DNA of 64,000 nt from a virus: positions 32,001-96,000 of the IMG/VR virus record IMGVR_UViG_3300014152_000001; one strand, 5' to 3'. The translations under genes were made by a program, and so were the position numbers. Below the pieces are notes generated by a model. It saw only the letters and a list, made by a program, of their open reading frames with translations, was not told the DNA's origin and made no database searches. Below, piece by piece: positions 18,972 to 29,339 of this stretch. The number at the start of each line of letters is the position of its first letter. The first letter of the stretch is position 1.

Positions 18972-19143
18972 AGGTTACATTGGGAGACGGGAGTATTTAA
19001 GTCTGTTTGCTGGCCATCTCAAACTCGGCTTCCTTGTTCGCAATCTTAGCAGTGAACTTCTTATTTGTGACCTTAAGTGTTATCTCACGCACTTCATCAG
19101 GTGGAGTGACCATAGGTTACATTGGGAGATGGAGGTATTTAGG
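18969..19143 (-). repeat. Duplicated promoter/start cassette flanking a 38 aa ORF (18997-19113)
   Basis: CATAGGTTACATTGGGAGA exact at 18969 and 19111, each followed by GTATTTA. Confidence 0.85.
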
Positions 19144-20692
19144 TATTTTCTTCTGGCTTTACCCTCAACTTCAGTGCTTTCTTAAAGGTCTTGACTATCA
19201 AGTCCTTAGATGAGAGTTCTCTCACCTTGATGGGTCTGAAGATGGGAAGTGTCCTTGTTCCAGATACTCTCACACCGATGGAACCCTTTACTGCTTGATG
19301 GAGTATCCGAGTAACACCAGAGAGATTCACACCTATCTCTCCTCGCACCACCTGACTAATCCTCACTACTCCTTGTAGTCTAGACCCTATCGTTCCTGTT
19401 GTTATCTGTCCTGTTCTGACCACACCATTCAATGCGCCACCTATACTACCACCTACCACCTGATGGAGTATCCTAGTGATACCAGTAAGATTGGCCCCTA
19501 TCTCACCCCGCACCACTTGGCTGATGACTTCCTTTTCTGTGACTCTGCTACCCACTTCACCCTTTACAACATCTTTAGTGACCACCTTTCCAGATGTCTT
19601 CTCACCGATTTTACCCTTTACAACATCGTGGGTTCTGGACTTCTTAGTCTCCTTGACTCCAATCTCTCCTTTGACCATATCACTGGTTATGACCTTTGCT
19701 CTGAAACTCACACCGATTGTGCCATACACATCCTCGCCCTCTCTCTTTACCTTCCCAGACTCTCCCGCACCTATCTCGCCTGATACCACATCGTTAGTGA
19801 TTACCACTCCACTTACAAGTGTTCCAATCTCACCTGAGACGACCTGATGGACTGCTACAACCCCATTTAGACTGTCTCCTATAGAACCAGCCACTACATC
19901 ACTGGTAATCGGCACACCAGACATAACGATACCAACTTCTCCTGTGACTTCTTGGTGGGTGATTTTCGTTACACCAGAGACTTGAGTTCCGATGCTTCCG
20001 GTTACCAAATCGTTAGTGATTGTTATTCCAGTTACATTGCCACCTACAACTCCATTCACCTTTTGGTTGACGACCTCTGCTCCTGAGAGTGTGGTCCCTA
20101 TGCTTCCGGCCACTGAGTCACTAACTACGACCTTTGCTGAAAGACTAACACCTATCACACCAGAAGCCTTTACTCCACCTGCATTTGCCTTTCCAGACTC
20201 TCCTGCACCTATTTCACCCGACACTACATCGTTGGTGATTACTACACCAGAGACGGCATCTCCTATAGTCCCGCTTACTGTTTGGTGAGGTATCTGAGTT
20301 GCACCAGACACCGAGACACCAATACTTCCAGACGCTACATCATTGGTGTTTGTCTTTTCAGACACACTGGTTCCAATCGAACCTGAAACTACCTCGTTAA
20401 CCACCACTTTTCCAGAGAGGTCTGCACCAGTGCCTATGTAGACATCAACGTGTTCACCAGTGGTGGCCACACCCTTCAGTGCGGCTCCAACCGAACCTGT
20501 TACCTTCTGGCTTATATTCACAGCACCAGACGCTCTCGCACCCACATAACCTTGAACCACTTGGCTAACCACAACCGTTGCCGAGAATCCGCTATGGACG
20601 GTCCCAGAGACAGAAATGGGCACGACTCCGCTATAAATCTCCTCTTCTTGAGGGAAGGGCGTAGTTAGGAAGTTAGCCTCTGGATATGACAT
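19139..20692 (-). CDS. Gly/Val-rich 18-19 aa repeat protein (probable beta-solenoid virion protein)
   Basis: More than 20 copies of V.G.IG..(V/L)SG...(T/V). Confidence 0.7.
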   Translation of the reverse strand: MSYPEANFLTTPFPQEEEIYSGVVPISVSGTVHSGFSATVVVSQVVQGYVGARASGAVNISQKVTGSVGAALKGVATTGEHVDVYIGTGADLSGKVVVNEVVSGSIGTSVSEKTNTNDVASGSIGVSVSGATQIPHQTVSGTIGDAVSGVVITNDVVSGEIGAGESGKANAGGVKASGVIGVSLSAKVVVSDSVAGSIGTTLSGAEVVNQKVNGVVGGNVTGITITNDLVTGSIGTQVSGVTKITHQEVTGEVGIVMSGVPITSDVVAGSIGDSLNGVVAVHQVVSGEIGTLVSGVVITNDVVSGEIGAGESGKVKREGEDVYGTIGVSFRAKVITSDMVKGEIGVKETKKSRTHDVVKGKIGEKTSGKVVTKDVVKGEVGSRVTEKEVISQVVRGEIGANLTGITRILHQVVGGSIGGALNGVVRTGQITTGTIGSRLQGVVRISQVVRGEIGVNLSGVTRILHQAVKGSIGVRVSGTRTLPIFRPIKVRELSSKDLIVKTFKKALKLRVKPEENT

Positions 20693-20731
20693 CCTACAGT
20701 AGATAAAGCAGTAGACCTATTTAAAGTCATT

Positions 20732-21106
20732 TTAGGCGTTGAAAATCTGAATAATCGAAGCGAGAGGATAGACTCTGGCTGTGCCGCCTGTCTGTTTAAC
20801 CGTGACCTTGTAGAGCATACCCAACTCAAGCAACTTGCCGTGAAGCCTCAAAAGCGGCTCTGTCTGAACATCTTTGAAGGTCTTTTGAAAGTAGATTCTT
20901 TGGTTGATTCCATCTACTGAGATATACTCAGTGACAATCGTAGTGTCTCCGGCTTGCATATTCCCAAGGTCGAGATACAACTCTGGAACGTAGTCAGCGG
21001 CTTGGGCGGCTATATTCACTACATCGGTTTCCACATTAAGGCTAGGGGAGATACTAGACTGAGCATCGGTCTTAGTCGTAATGGCGTAATTGGTCATCCC
21101 TACCAC
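20732..21106 (-). CDS. Hypothetical beta-sandwich virion protein
   Basis: ORF in the structural cluster. Confidence 0.5.
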   Translation of the reverse strand: MVGMTNYAITTKTDAQSSISPSLNVETDVVNIAAQAADYVPELYLDLGNMQAGDTTIVTEYISVDGINQRIYFQKTFKDVQTEPLLRLHGKLLELGMLYKVTVKQTGGTARVYPLASIIQIFNA

Positions 21107-21134
21107 CTAAAGGAGTGTGCCCCTATTTGAGTCT

Positions 21135-21410
21135 TTATGGTTGCCGCCTTACAGTAGATTCTTTCGGCTTCTCGTTAACCTTCTCTTTGCCCTTGTTTTC
21201 CTCGTTAATCCGTTTTTGAACCTCTGCGGCTTTCTCTCTTGCATCCTTCTGTTCTTTCTGTAACTGATTCACAGCAATGTAGATGAGGCCAGTGATGTCG
21301 TCATCCAACTGTCTCACGGTCTGTCGTATCTGAGCGAACTTCGTCAGAACGTCATTTGTGTCGTGAACATCGAACTCCTTCTGCGGCTGTTGGTTTTGAT
21401 TCTGAGCCAT
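21135..21410 (-). CDS. Coiled-coil hypothetical protein
   Basis: ORF with TATA. Confidence 0.55.
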   Translation of the reverse strand: MAQNQNQQPQKEFDVHDTNDVLTKFAQIRQTVRQLDDDITGLIYIAVNQLQKEQKDAREKAAEVQKRINEENKGKEKVNEKPKESTVRRQP

Positions 21411-21484
21411 ACCAGATAGAGGGGAATCAATCTATATAAAGATTCTGATGGAATGCTTTAAATAAGACGTTGCTCCTCTGTATC

Positions 21485-22732
21485 ATGAAGACAATGCCAG
21501 AACTCGTTCTTACAGCGGTAGTCAACCAACTTACCTCAACGGGTGGAACACTCACTCTCTCACCCACAACAGGGCTAGGAGTTGTAGATGTATCCATTGC
21601 TCTTGCCCATGCTAATACTTGGTCTGGGTCACAGACATTCTATAGTTCGGGCCTGCTTCTCAATAATCCTGCTAATACCTTTGCCTACACCTTTGTAGGG
21701 GCGGCTATTGCGGCAAGTCACAACATCACTCTTCCTCTCTTAACTGGAAGCGACACTATGGCTGTGCTAGGGTTTGCTCAAACTTGGACTGCGGCACAGA
21801 CCTTCTACAGTTCCGACTTCCTTATTAACAATCCTGCCAACACCTTTGCTTACACATTCGTAGGTGCGGCTATAGGCGCTTCACACGACATAACCCTACC
21901 ATTGCTTACTGGAAACGATACAATGGCCGTCTTAGGGTTTGCACAAACTTTCACTGCAACTCAGACCTTCCACGAGATAGACACTGCTACAGATGCTACC
22001 TATGCAATAGGAACGACAACCAATAGATGGACTTCAGTTCATGCTCAAAACTTCCAAGTAGAAGCCGCTTCAGGCGATGCCAACCCAACTGCCAAACTTA
22101 CTAATGGAGCACTCTACTTTGGTGCGGGTGGAGCAAGCGCATTGGACATTGAAATAAACCGCACAGGTTCGACAACCCTCACTATGACTGCTGGAACCTT
22201 TGCCTTTGGTAATACTGGTATCAGTATTGGTGGTGCGTCTTACGACATTACCAAAGTCACTGCATTAGCCACAGGAGACATTGTTTTCTATGACGGGACC
22301 AATTGGATTAACTTGGCGGTTGGAGTCAGCACCAGTTATGTGCTTGGAGTCAGTGCCGGAAAACCATCATGGGTAACTTTCTCAAGTCTTGGTGGTGTCT
22401 CTGCTCCTCAGAACATATACACTGAGTATGAACTTCCAGATGTGGCTTCACATAACATCGCCACCTACACGCCAAGTGCGGCAGGAAATCTTATGCTTAT
22501 GGTTTACTATAGAGTTACTGTGGGCGCAACTAATGTGACTCTTACTGCGACTTGGACAGACCAAGCAGGGGCGCAATCCTATTCATGGATGAGTGCCGTT
22601 TCAAACGCAACTGGTTCTTACTCAGTCCTGCCTTTGTTCATCAACAGTGCGGCTTCACAGCCAGTTACAATTGCGGCAACAGCCGGAACAGCAAACCAAG
22701 TCTACACAACTGCCTCAATAATGTTGATGTAA
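21485..22732 (+). CDS. Tail-fibre-like protein A
   Basis: Thr/Ala/Gly-rich; ANTW..QTF repeats, YAIGTTTNRW, GDIVFYDGTNWIN; two ~53 aa internal repeats. Confidence 0.7.
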   Translation: MKTMPELVLTAVVNQLTSTGGTLTLSPTTGLGVVDVSIALAHANTWSGSQTFYSSGLLLNNPANTFAYTFVGAAIAASHNITLPLLTGSDTMAVLGFAQTWTAAQTFYSSDFLINNPANTFAYTFVGAAIGASHDITLPLLTGNDTMAVLGFAQTFTATQTFHEIDTATDATYAIGTTTNRWTSVHAQNFQVEAASGDANPTAKLTNGALYFGAGGASALDIEINRTGSTTLTMTAGTFAFGNTGISIGGASYDITKVTALATGDIVFYDGTNWINLAVGVSTSYVLGVSAGKPSWVTFSSLGGVSAPQNIYTEYELPDVASHNIATYTPSAAGNLMLMVYYRVTVGATNVTLTATWTDQAGAQSYSWMSAVSNATGSYSVLPLFINSAASQPVTIAATAGTANQVYTTASIMLM

Positions 22733-22733
22733 A

Positions 22734-24176
22734 TTGGGTATTTTACATCGGAGGACCAAGAAGAAGGATGCTACGTTAGTGTTGCCCGTCCTTAAACATG
22801 AATATTACCCTACTGGTGGCCTCAGTGCTGAAGCCCTCTACGCAGTCACTCAACTTACTTCTACAGGTGGTTCTCTTACTCTCTCGCCTACAACCGGAAT
22901 AGGAGTAGTAGATGTTAGTCACAATCTCAGTCACGCCAACACTTGGATTGCTACCCAAGCCTTCGGGAATACCTACCTAAGTCTGGGTGGGGCCACATTC
23001 GATATAACCAAGAACACTGCGTTGGCTACAGGAGACATCATCATCTACGATGGAACCAACTGGATTAATCTGGCGGTGGGCACTGGAAGTCAAGTGCTTG
23101 GAGTAAGCGGTGGAATCCCAACATGGGAAGCCGTGCCAGCAACAGCAGGAGTCACATCATTGGGCGGTGTGACGGGGGCCATAACTCTGAGTTCTGGGCT
23201 TTCAATGGCGGCTTCTGTTCTAACAGTTACCTTCCCAACTGTTGTTACCTCTTTTGCGACAAAGACAGGAGCCATTACATTAGGTTCAGGACTCTCAATG
23301 TCCAGCAACGAATTAGACGTTACTTTTCCAACTGTAGTCACAAGTTTTGCTACTAAGACAGGAGCGATTACACTAGGCTCAGGTCTTTCAATGTCGAGCA
23401 ACGAATTAGATGTTACATTCCCAACTGTAGTGACCTCATTGGGCGCACAAACGGGAGCCATTACTCTAAGTTCGGGACTTTCAATGGTAGGGTCTGTTCT
23501 TACGGTGACATTTCCAACTGTTGTCACCTCAATAGATTCATTGACTGGAGCAGTGACTACATCAAGTCCAAACAGCACTCTATCTCTTAGCACGACATCT
23601 CAGAATAGGAACTTTGACATCAATCTTGGCAACGCCAACAGTTGGACTGGCGTTCAGTCTTTTGGTAATACCTACCTAAGTTTGGGCGGAAAAGCATTCG
23701 ACATCACTAAGAACACTGTGTTGGCTACAGGAGACATCATTTTCTATGATGGAACCAACTGGATTAACTTGGCGGTTGGGGCCAGTGCCAGTTATGTGCT
23801 TGGAGTCAGCGGTGGTCTACCAGCATGGGTTGTAGGTAGCAATCCTCTTGTAGCGAGTGCTAAAGAAACCAAGTTAACAACTACAGGTGCTACCAACGTA
23901 ATCAATTACACTACAGTCGCGGCTGGAAACTATGCCGTCAATGTATACTTCAGAGTCGTCACTGGGGCTACCGTAGTAACGCTTACTTACGTTTGGACAG
24001 ACGTTACCGGAGCGCAATCCTACACTTACCTCAGTGCCGTCTCAGAATCTACTGGCTCCTACACTATGCAACCACTCTTCTTCAATGCGACAAATAGCAG
24101 TGCCATCCAAGTCACTGCCACCGCTGGAACGGCCAACCAAGTGTATGTCTCAGCATCGGTGATATTAGAATCATGA
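22734..24176 (+). CDS. Tail-fibre-like protein B (paralogue of A)
   Basis: Shares N- and C-terminal domains with A; four ~31 aa VTS...TGAITL repeats. Confidence 0.7.
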   Translation: MGILHRRTKKKDATLVLPVLKHEYYPTGGLSAEALYAVTQLTSTGGSLTLSPTTGIGVVDVSHNLSHANTWIATQAFGNTYLSLGGATFDITKNTALATGDIIIYDGTNWINLAVGTGSQVLGVSGGIPTWEAVPATAGVTSLGGVTGAITLSSGLSMAASVLTVTFPTVVTSFATKTGAITLGSGLSMSSNELDVTFPTVVTSFATKTGAITLGSGLSMSSNELDVTFPTVVTSLGAQTGAITLSSGLSMVGSVLTVTFPTVVTSIDSLTGAVTTSSPNSTLSLSTTSQNRNFDINLGNANSWTGVQSFGNTYLSLGGKAFDITKNTVLATGDIIFYDGTNWINLAVGASASYVLGVSGGLPAWVVGSNPLVASAKETKLTTTGATNVINYTTVAAGNYAVNVYFRVVTGATVVTLTYVWTDVTGAQSYTYLSAVSESTGSYTMQPLFFNATNSSAIQVTATAGTANQVYVSASVILES

Positions 24177-26422
24177 CCAAGTTTGCTGATAACACTCTCT
24201 ATTATCTTCCTGTTACGCTGACTAACAGTGCAAGTGGGGCTACTTCGGCAAATCTTCAGGTTAAGATAACAGTCAACTCAAACACCTACAATTCTTATGA
24301 AGCCTCGAACCTAATTAATCTTAATTGGCAGGACGGTGCGGGAAACATCCTCAACTCTTGGCTCGAAAGCGGTTTGACGAATGCTTCGACTGCGAGTGTC
24401 TATTGGGTCAATCTCGGAAGCCTCACCATTGCAGGAAGCAATGGCACCTTAGTAATCTATCTGTGCTTTTACAACACATCAACAAACAATTTTAGTTCAG
24501 GAGGCACGACAGGCGCACAACCGAACTTCGATGGAACCTATGGTCATTATGATAACGGGTCTCAGGTCTTCGATTACTACACAGACTGGCCTAGCACAAG
24601 TCTTCCATCAGGATGGATTGTGGGCACAGGAACGGGCTCCAGCGTTAGCAATGGATTGATATTAACGTCTACCAGTGCAACTACTGAAGTATATTACAAC
24701 GTGGCAATCAACTCAAAAACTGAGATTCTTGAGGCTTACGAGTCAGCCATTGGGTCGGCCAACGCTGTCTATCCTCTTGGTCTAAGCACGACAGGTAACT
24801 CAGGCAACCCTTATGGTGCTTCCTCTGTTGCATGGGCCATGAGACTAAATGCTGTCAATGGAACTTGGGCTGAGTTCAATTGGAGTTCTGGTGCGTCAAA
24901 CGCAGTTGCCGATACAATTACAGGAGCCGTCAACACATACCATGTAATCTCTCTCTGGGAAAACGGCACGACTAACATCCAAGGACTCTACGATTACGCT
25001 AACGGGACGAGCAACGCTGTCGATTACGTTGCTGAAACCGTGCAATACATCTTCTTACAAATCAACGCCAATTCATCAACTGTGAATGTGGCATGGCTCA
25101 GATACCGTCAGGCTCCGCCTTCTTACACCGCACCAACATCAGCCTTTGGCTCAATAACAGTAGTTACTGTAATCCATTGGGTCGAACCAAGTCACACACA
25201 CGCAATAGCCGCACCCACGACAGGCTCAGGTCTATTAACACTGATTAACGGTGGCCTTGTTACAGGAGTATACATGGCTCTTGGTTCTCTCACCACCGCA
25301 CCCGGATTTACAAGTGTTGCGACTTCTGTAAGTGTAGGGTCTTCGATTCACACTCATACAATGAATGCGAGTGGAACGGCCTGTGCAAGTGGTGCTTGTA
25401 TAAGTAGCAATAACACTGCCGCGGCATCATCATCAACATCTGTTGCGGCCACAGCCAACTATACTAACTTTGTGACCGGAAGAAACTCAGATACAACTGG
25501 GACTTTTTGGTCAGGGGTTAACACCACAAGTGGAAGTCCAGTAACAGTCATACCTGTCAATACAGGTAACACCACTCAAACCTACGTTGCCTCTGTAACC
25601 TACGTTCTACCGATTCATACGCATTCAATAGCCGCGGCTACCACTGGAAGTATTCTAACTTCAGCAAGTGGAACTGGTAGTGCTACTGTTGTTACTGGCG
25701 GATGCGTATTTAACACCAATGGCTTTTTCACCACTTTCACAGGCACAACTGGAACGACCTCAACTCATACTCATACAGAAACGGGTGCTGGTAGTGCTTG
25801 CACCTTAGGAACTTGTGTTAATGCTGGAAACACAGGTTCTCCATCCGCCACAACAGCCATATTAGGCTCAAGTAACTCCACAAATTTTGTTACAACTATG
25901 ACCAGTGCTACCACTACAGGTGGTGTTAACACCGGAATATCAACAACCCCGGTAACGGTTGTAACAGCTATTCCTGCTTCAACAGGAAACAATACTCAGA
26001 CTGCCACTCTTCCTGTGCCCATCCACACTCATACGATAGGGGCGGCTGGCACTACCACATTCATTGCAACTGCAACCGCAGTCACTTCTACTGCTCTTAC
26101 ATCCGTTGGTTCCCTCGTCACTGGAACAGCCTGTGTAAACGGAATAAATAATACCGTAGTAGCAGGCAATAGTCATATTCATGCCCAAGGAGCCACTGGA
26201 AGCAGTTGCGTTGTAGGAACTTGTGTTAAAAATGGGGTAGATGTGACGGGTGCTCCATCTAACACGGTATCTGTTTGTTTTTCAGTCGCTACCACTTCTT
26301 CTACTCCCGCAACCAGTAGAAATTCAGATACTACTACCAGCGGCCTTACTAACACAAGTAATACTACTAAGAGTTGCGTTACCAGCATCCCTTCCACCAC
26401 AGGGGCGAATGTAACACCATGA
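24173..26422 (+). CDS. Receptor-binding/fibre protein: DUF2341-like N-terminus plus HxH repeats
   Basis: YYLPVTLTN...LNSWLES...VYWVNL; six H(T/I)H motifs in three ~138 aa repeats with Cys pairs. Confidence 0.65.
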   Translation: MTKFADNTLYYLPVTLTNSASGATSANLQVKITVNSNTYNSYEASNLINLNWQDGAGNILNSWLESGLTNASTASVYWVNLGSLTIAGSNGTLVIYLCFYNTSTNNFSSGGTTGAQPNFDGTYGHYDNGSQVFDYYTDWPSTSLPSGWIVGTGTGSSVSNGLILTSTSATTEVYYNVAINSKTEILEAYESAIGSANAVYPLGLSTTGNSGNPYGASSVAWAMRLNAVNGTWAEFNWSSGASNAVADTITGAVNTYHVISLWENGTTNIQGLYDYANGTSNAVDYVAETVQYIFLQINANSSTVNVAWLRYRQAPPSYTAPTSAFGSITVVTVIHWVEPSHTHAIAAPTTGSGLLTLINGGLVTGVYMALGSLTTAPGFTSVATSVSVGSSIHTHTMNASGTACASGACISSNNTAAASSSTSVAATANYTNFVTGRNSDTTGTFWSGVNTTSGSPVTVIPVNTGNTTQTYVASVTYVLPIHTHSIAAATTGSILTSASGTGSATVVTGGCVFNTNGFFTTFTGTTGTTSTHTHTETGAGSACTLGTCVNAGNTGSPSATTAILGSSNSTNFVTTMTSATTTGGVNTGISTTPVTVVTAIPASTGNNTQTATLPVPIHTHTIGAAGTTTFIATATAVTSTALTSVGSLVTGTACVNGINNTVVAGNSHIHAQGATGSSCVVGTCVKNGVDVTGAPSNTVSVCFSVATTSSTPATSRNSDTTTSGLTNTSNTTKSCVTSIPSTTGANVTP

Positions 26423-26661
26423 AAGTAGTCTTAGAAGGGAAGGACATCAAAGAATGCAGTTGCAAGACTGGCGGTGCTATCGCAGAGGAATTTATCTGGG
26501 CCTTGGAAAAGGGATGGATTGCCCTCTTTTGCGACATATGTAAACAGAGGATTGAACTGAAAGATATTGTCATTTTCGCGCCAAGAGCAGTGCAAGAAGA
26601 CCCAATCTTCTATCATTTGGATAAGAAGTGCTTCAAAGAGTGGTTGGCCAAAAATCCTTAA
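26419..26661 (+). CDS. Small Cys-rich protein
   Basis: CDIC..HLDKKC; ATGA-coupled. Confidence 0.5.
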   Translation: MKVVLEGKDIKECSCKTGGAIAEEFIWALEKGWIALFCDICKQRIELKDIVIFAPRAVQEDPIFYHLDKKCFKEWLAKNP

Positions 26662-26835
26662 ATAGCCTCAAATCGTAGATAGAACCATGATTCTGTGCGA
26701 CAAGTGTGGAAAGCCTATAGACATTGCTTCAGGTTACTATACTGCCACTGTAAATGTTATGATGGCAGGAGAAGTGCCAACAATCTATCAGTTCCACAAA
26801 GACTGTCTAAAAGCCATTGCTACTTCTACGACTGT

Positions 26836-27492
26836 CTAAGTAACGGTTATTGTGTAGGTTACTCCGACAGTTCCAGCAGGTGAGACAACGTATCCAGCCG
26901 CACCGTTGGTTTGGTCATGAGCGAGTAGGAAGTAAGTTGGTCCTGCAACGAGACTTGCAAGGATGACGTAGATGCCGATGTTGCCGTAGGTCTCGTTGGC
27001 TAGAGAAGTGTTGTTGAAGGTTCCAGTAATCGTGGTGATGCTACTTGTGTAAGGTGGTCCAATAACTGGAAGACGAGTGACGGTTCCTGTTATGAGGGCG
27101 GCAGTAGGACTATCAGGATTAGGAATACCTGTTACAATCTCACTCTCTATGATATAGTCATCAGCACTAGGAGCAGTTGTGCCAGTTCCAGCACCAATCT
27201 CGAAAGTGCCGGGAGTCATGAGGGCTGTTCCATCCCAAGCAGTTCCGGTTGAATCTGTCATGGGAGTGCCTGTAGTGGGTGTATTGAAAATCTGAGTGAT
27301 AATCATAGAAGTGAAGTTGCCTGTTCCCATGTCATACTCTTTATTGGTTATCCCAATCAACCCGCCTTGACATCCTGCATTCGAGTCGGGCTGGCCTCCT
27401 TTCAACCCGTCCCAATGGGCATAACTGTGTTCAGGACAGGGGTTCCTTGCTACAATCTTCAGCCCTATTCTTAGACCACCGAAACCAGACAT
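26836..27492 (-). CDS. Putative virion structural protein
   Basis: IGAGTGTTAPSADDY, YGNIGI motifs resembling tail-fibre N-terminal domains. Confidence 0.55.
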   Translation of the reverse strand: MSGFGGLRIGLKIVARNPCPEHSYAHWDGLKGGQPDSNAGCQGGLIGITNKEYDMGTGNFTSMIITQIFNTPTTGTPMTDSTGTAWDGTALMTPGTFEIGAGTGTTAPSADDYIIESEIVTGIPNPDSPTAALITGTVTRLPVIGPPYTSSITTITGTFNNTSLANETYGNIGIYVILASLVAGPTYFLLAHDQTNGAAGYVVSPAGTVGVTYTITVT

Positions 27493-27535
27493 ATCTAACC
27501 TATTATTGGGGAGAGGAGTATTTAAGGATGGTGGT

Positions 27536-28237
27536 CTAGTGCTGTTGGATATTCTGAGTCAAGACCCAAGTTTGCCCTGCCCCCTTCACGGCTTGGTTGC
27601 TTACATATCTGTTGTAGAGACCGATGTTTGGCGTTGCACTCCCCGTTCCTGAGTTTTCATAAGACGTAACGGCTGAAAAGTCGGAAGTAGGGAGAGTCCA
27701 CCCGTAACTTCCATCCCAATCAGGGGTTCCATCGTTGTCAACTCCAAAGGATTGCCATCCTGTGGCCCATTCAGCAATGCCGGGGCCAAAAGTCGCTTGC
27801 CATGTGACCGTATCCCCAGAAACCTGTGGATAGCCAGCATCTACATTCATTGCATAGAAGTTGTTGGTAGCGGAAGGATTGTTGCTAGGATTGGTGTAAC
27901 TCGTATCCACGAAATTCTGACTAGCATCGAAAGCGGTGGTGTCATCCGAAACACAAAGCCTTGAAATTGTAAGGGAATACGAAGGTGAGCCAGTGTTAGC
28001 AAGAGCACCAATTAGCAGATTCCATCCAAGTGTCTTACCAAAATTAGTCAAACCATTAGGCCCAGACTCGGACTTATTGATTAGTCTTTTGGGAAAATGT
28101 AGAGCCGCTTCTGCGGCAGAGTGCCCTGCCTTCGTGAACTTGGCAACCTCGCCATCTGGGTCTTTGAAGCGAGTGATACCCCATGTAATGCCTCTGGGTG
28201 AGGAAAGTCTTTGAATCGATACACTTTCTGTGGCCAT
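27536..28237 (-). CDS. Putative virion structural protein
   Basis: NGLTNFG, DAGYPQVSG.TVTWQATF...W; start re-placed at MATES below a TATA box. Confidence 0.55.
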   Translation of the reverse strand: MATESVSIQRLSSPRGITWGITRFKDPDGEVAKFTKAGHSAAEAALHFPKRLINKSESGPNGLTNFGKTLGWNLLIGALANTGSPSYSLTISRLCVSDDTTAFDASQNFVDTSYTNPSNNPSATNNFYAMNVDAGYPQVSGDTVTWQATFGPGIAEWATGWQSFGVDNDGTPDWDGSYGWTLPTSDFSAVTSYENSGTGSATPNIGLYNRYVSNQAVKGAGQTWVLTQNIQQH

Positions 28238-28277
28238 TCTAAGATATAATGGGCAGTAGGAGTATTTAAGTATGTTG

Positions 28278-28323
28278 AAAAATCGTGGGAAGAGGAGTGG
28301 TCCAGTAAAGGCGACCACGCCTC
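28278..28323 (-). terminator. Hairpin plus T-tract downstream of the MCP gene
   Basis: GAGGCGTGGTC...GACCACTCCTC followed by TTTTT on the minus strand. Confidence 0.5.
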
Positions 28324-28373
28324 AACTTTGTCAGTTAACCGTGCTTAGAGGTTCGATATTGGCTTTCCGGTGA

Positions 28374-29324
28374 CTACAATGACCTTAGACCTGTTAATTG
28401 CACGACACTCTCCGGGTATGTGATAACCGGGGCATAGCGAGCAGTGATAACAATGTCTATCGAATCGAAAGTAGGTTGAGGCCAGACATCCACACTGATG
28501 GGTCTCTTCGTTGCGAAGTAACCCAACGGTGCATATGAGGCTGAATAGTTGCTACCAGCCGCGGCAAGGACGTATGCGCGTCCATCGAAGCCGCTGTTTG
28601 GTAACAGTGGAGCCTGTGGGATGTTCGGGGTGACTATCTGCTTCAGTCCATACAACTGAGGTGCTGAAACCACTGTTCCAGTTCCCTGAGCGTATACGGG
28701 CTGTCCGTAGAAGAGTAGGGCGGCAAACTGAGGTATCCTTGACAGGTCTTGATGAGCCATTGGGTTCATCGCAATCGTGTCAGGTTCCAAAGCAAGGTTC
28801 TGTATCACTTGCTTCGCCTGAGTTATGTCGTTAATCCCTATTGTTCCACCATACGCAGTTGTCGTCCCATCCATGAACACTGAAGCCCCTGTAACGGGCT
28901 GTGCGATGCCGTGACCAGCCGGGGCATTGAGTGCTTTCTCAACGTCTTGGTCGATGGTCATAACGACCCGTCTCGCGGCTCGTTTCAGTTGGTCTTCTAC
29001 AATGTTCACTATTTGGTCTTCAATCAACTCTCTAGTGACTCGGACTCTCATACCCACCTTGTAAGGTGTAACGGTAATCGAGTCGTAAGGTGTGAAGTCA
29101 GCCATAATCTCGGCTCCCTCTGCCGTCTTTCCTATGACGGCTGTAGCACGAGCACCCTTCTGCTTCGGTATCGAAGCAGTCGCTCCAACCTTGATGAAGA
29201 AGTCCTGAAGTAGAGGCTTCAATGCCAAGTTAGGCATTGTGAGTTCTACTATCCTCTTCGCCAGTGCTGGATAGAATAGAGCACCTGTGTTAACTATTGG
29301 GAACTGTTCACGAGTCATAGCCAT
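28374..29324 (-). CDS. Major capsid protein (HK97 fold)
   Basis: 316 aa; TAEGAEI, YKVGMRVRVTRELIED, IAMNP, LYGLKQIVTPNIP; last gene of the protease-scaffold-decoration operon. Confidence 0.85.
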   Translation of the reverse strand: MAMTREQFPIVNTGALFYPALAKRIVELTMPNLALKPLLQDFFIKVGATASIPKQKGARATAVIGKTAEGAEIMADFTPYDSITVTPYKVGMRVRVTRELIEDQIVNIVEDQLKRAARRVVMTIDQDVEKALNAPAGHGIAQPVTGASVFMDGTTTAYGGTIGINDITQAKQVIQNLALEPDTIAMNPMAHQDLSRIPQFAALLFYGQPVYAQGTGTVVSAPQLYGLKQIVTPNIPQAPLLPNSGFDGRAYVLAAAGSNYSASYAPLGYFATKRPISVDVWPQPTFDSIDIVITARYAPVITYPESVVQLTGLRSL

Positions 29325-29339
29325 TCTCTTTCACCTGTT

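Noticed and set aside
22240-23820. Diversity-generating retroelement TR/VR pairs in the fibre genes
   Set aside because: Differences are largely synonymous and not adenine-specific, and no reverse transcriptase is present in the window.
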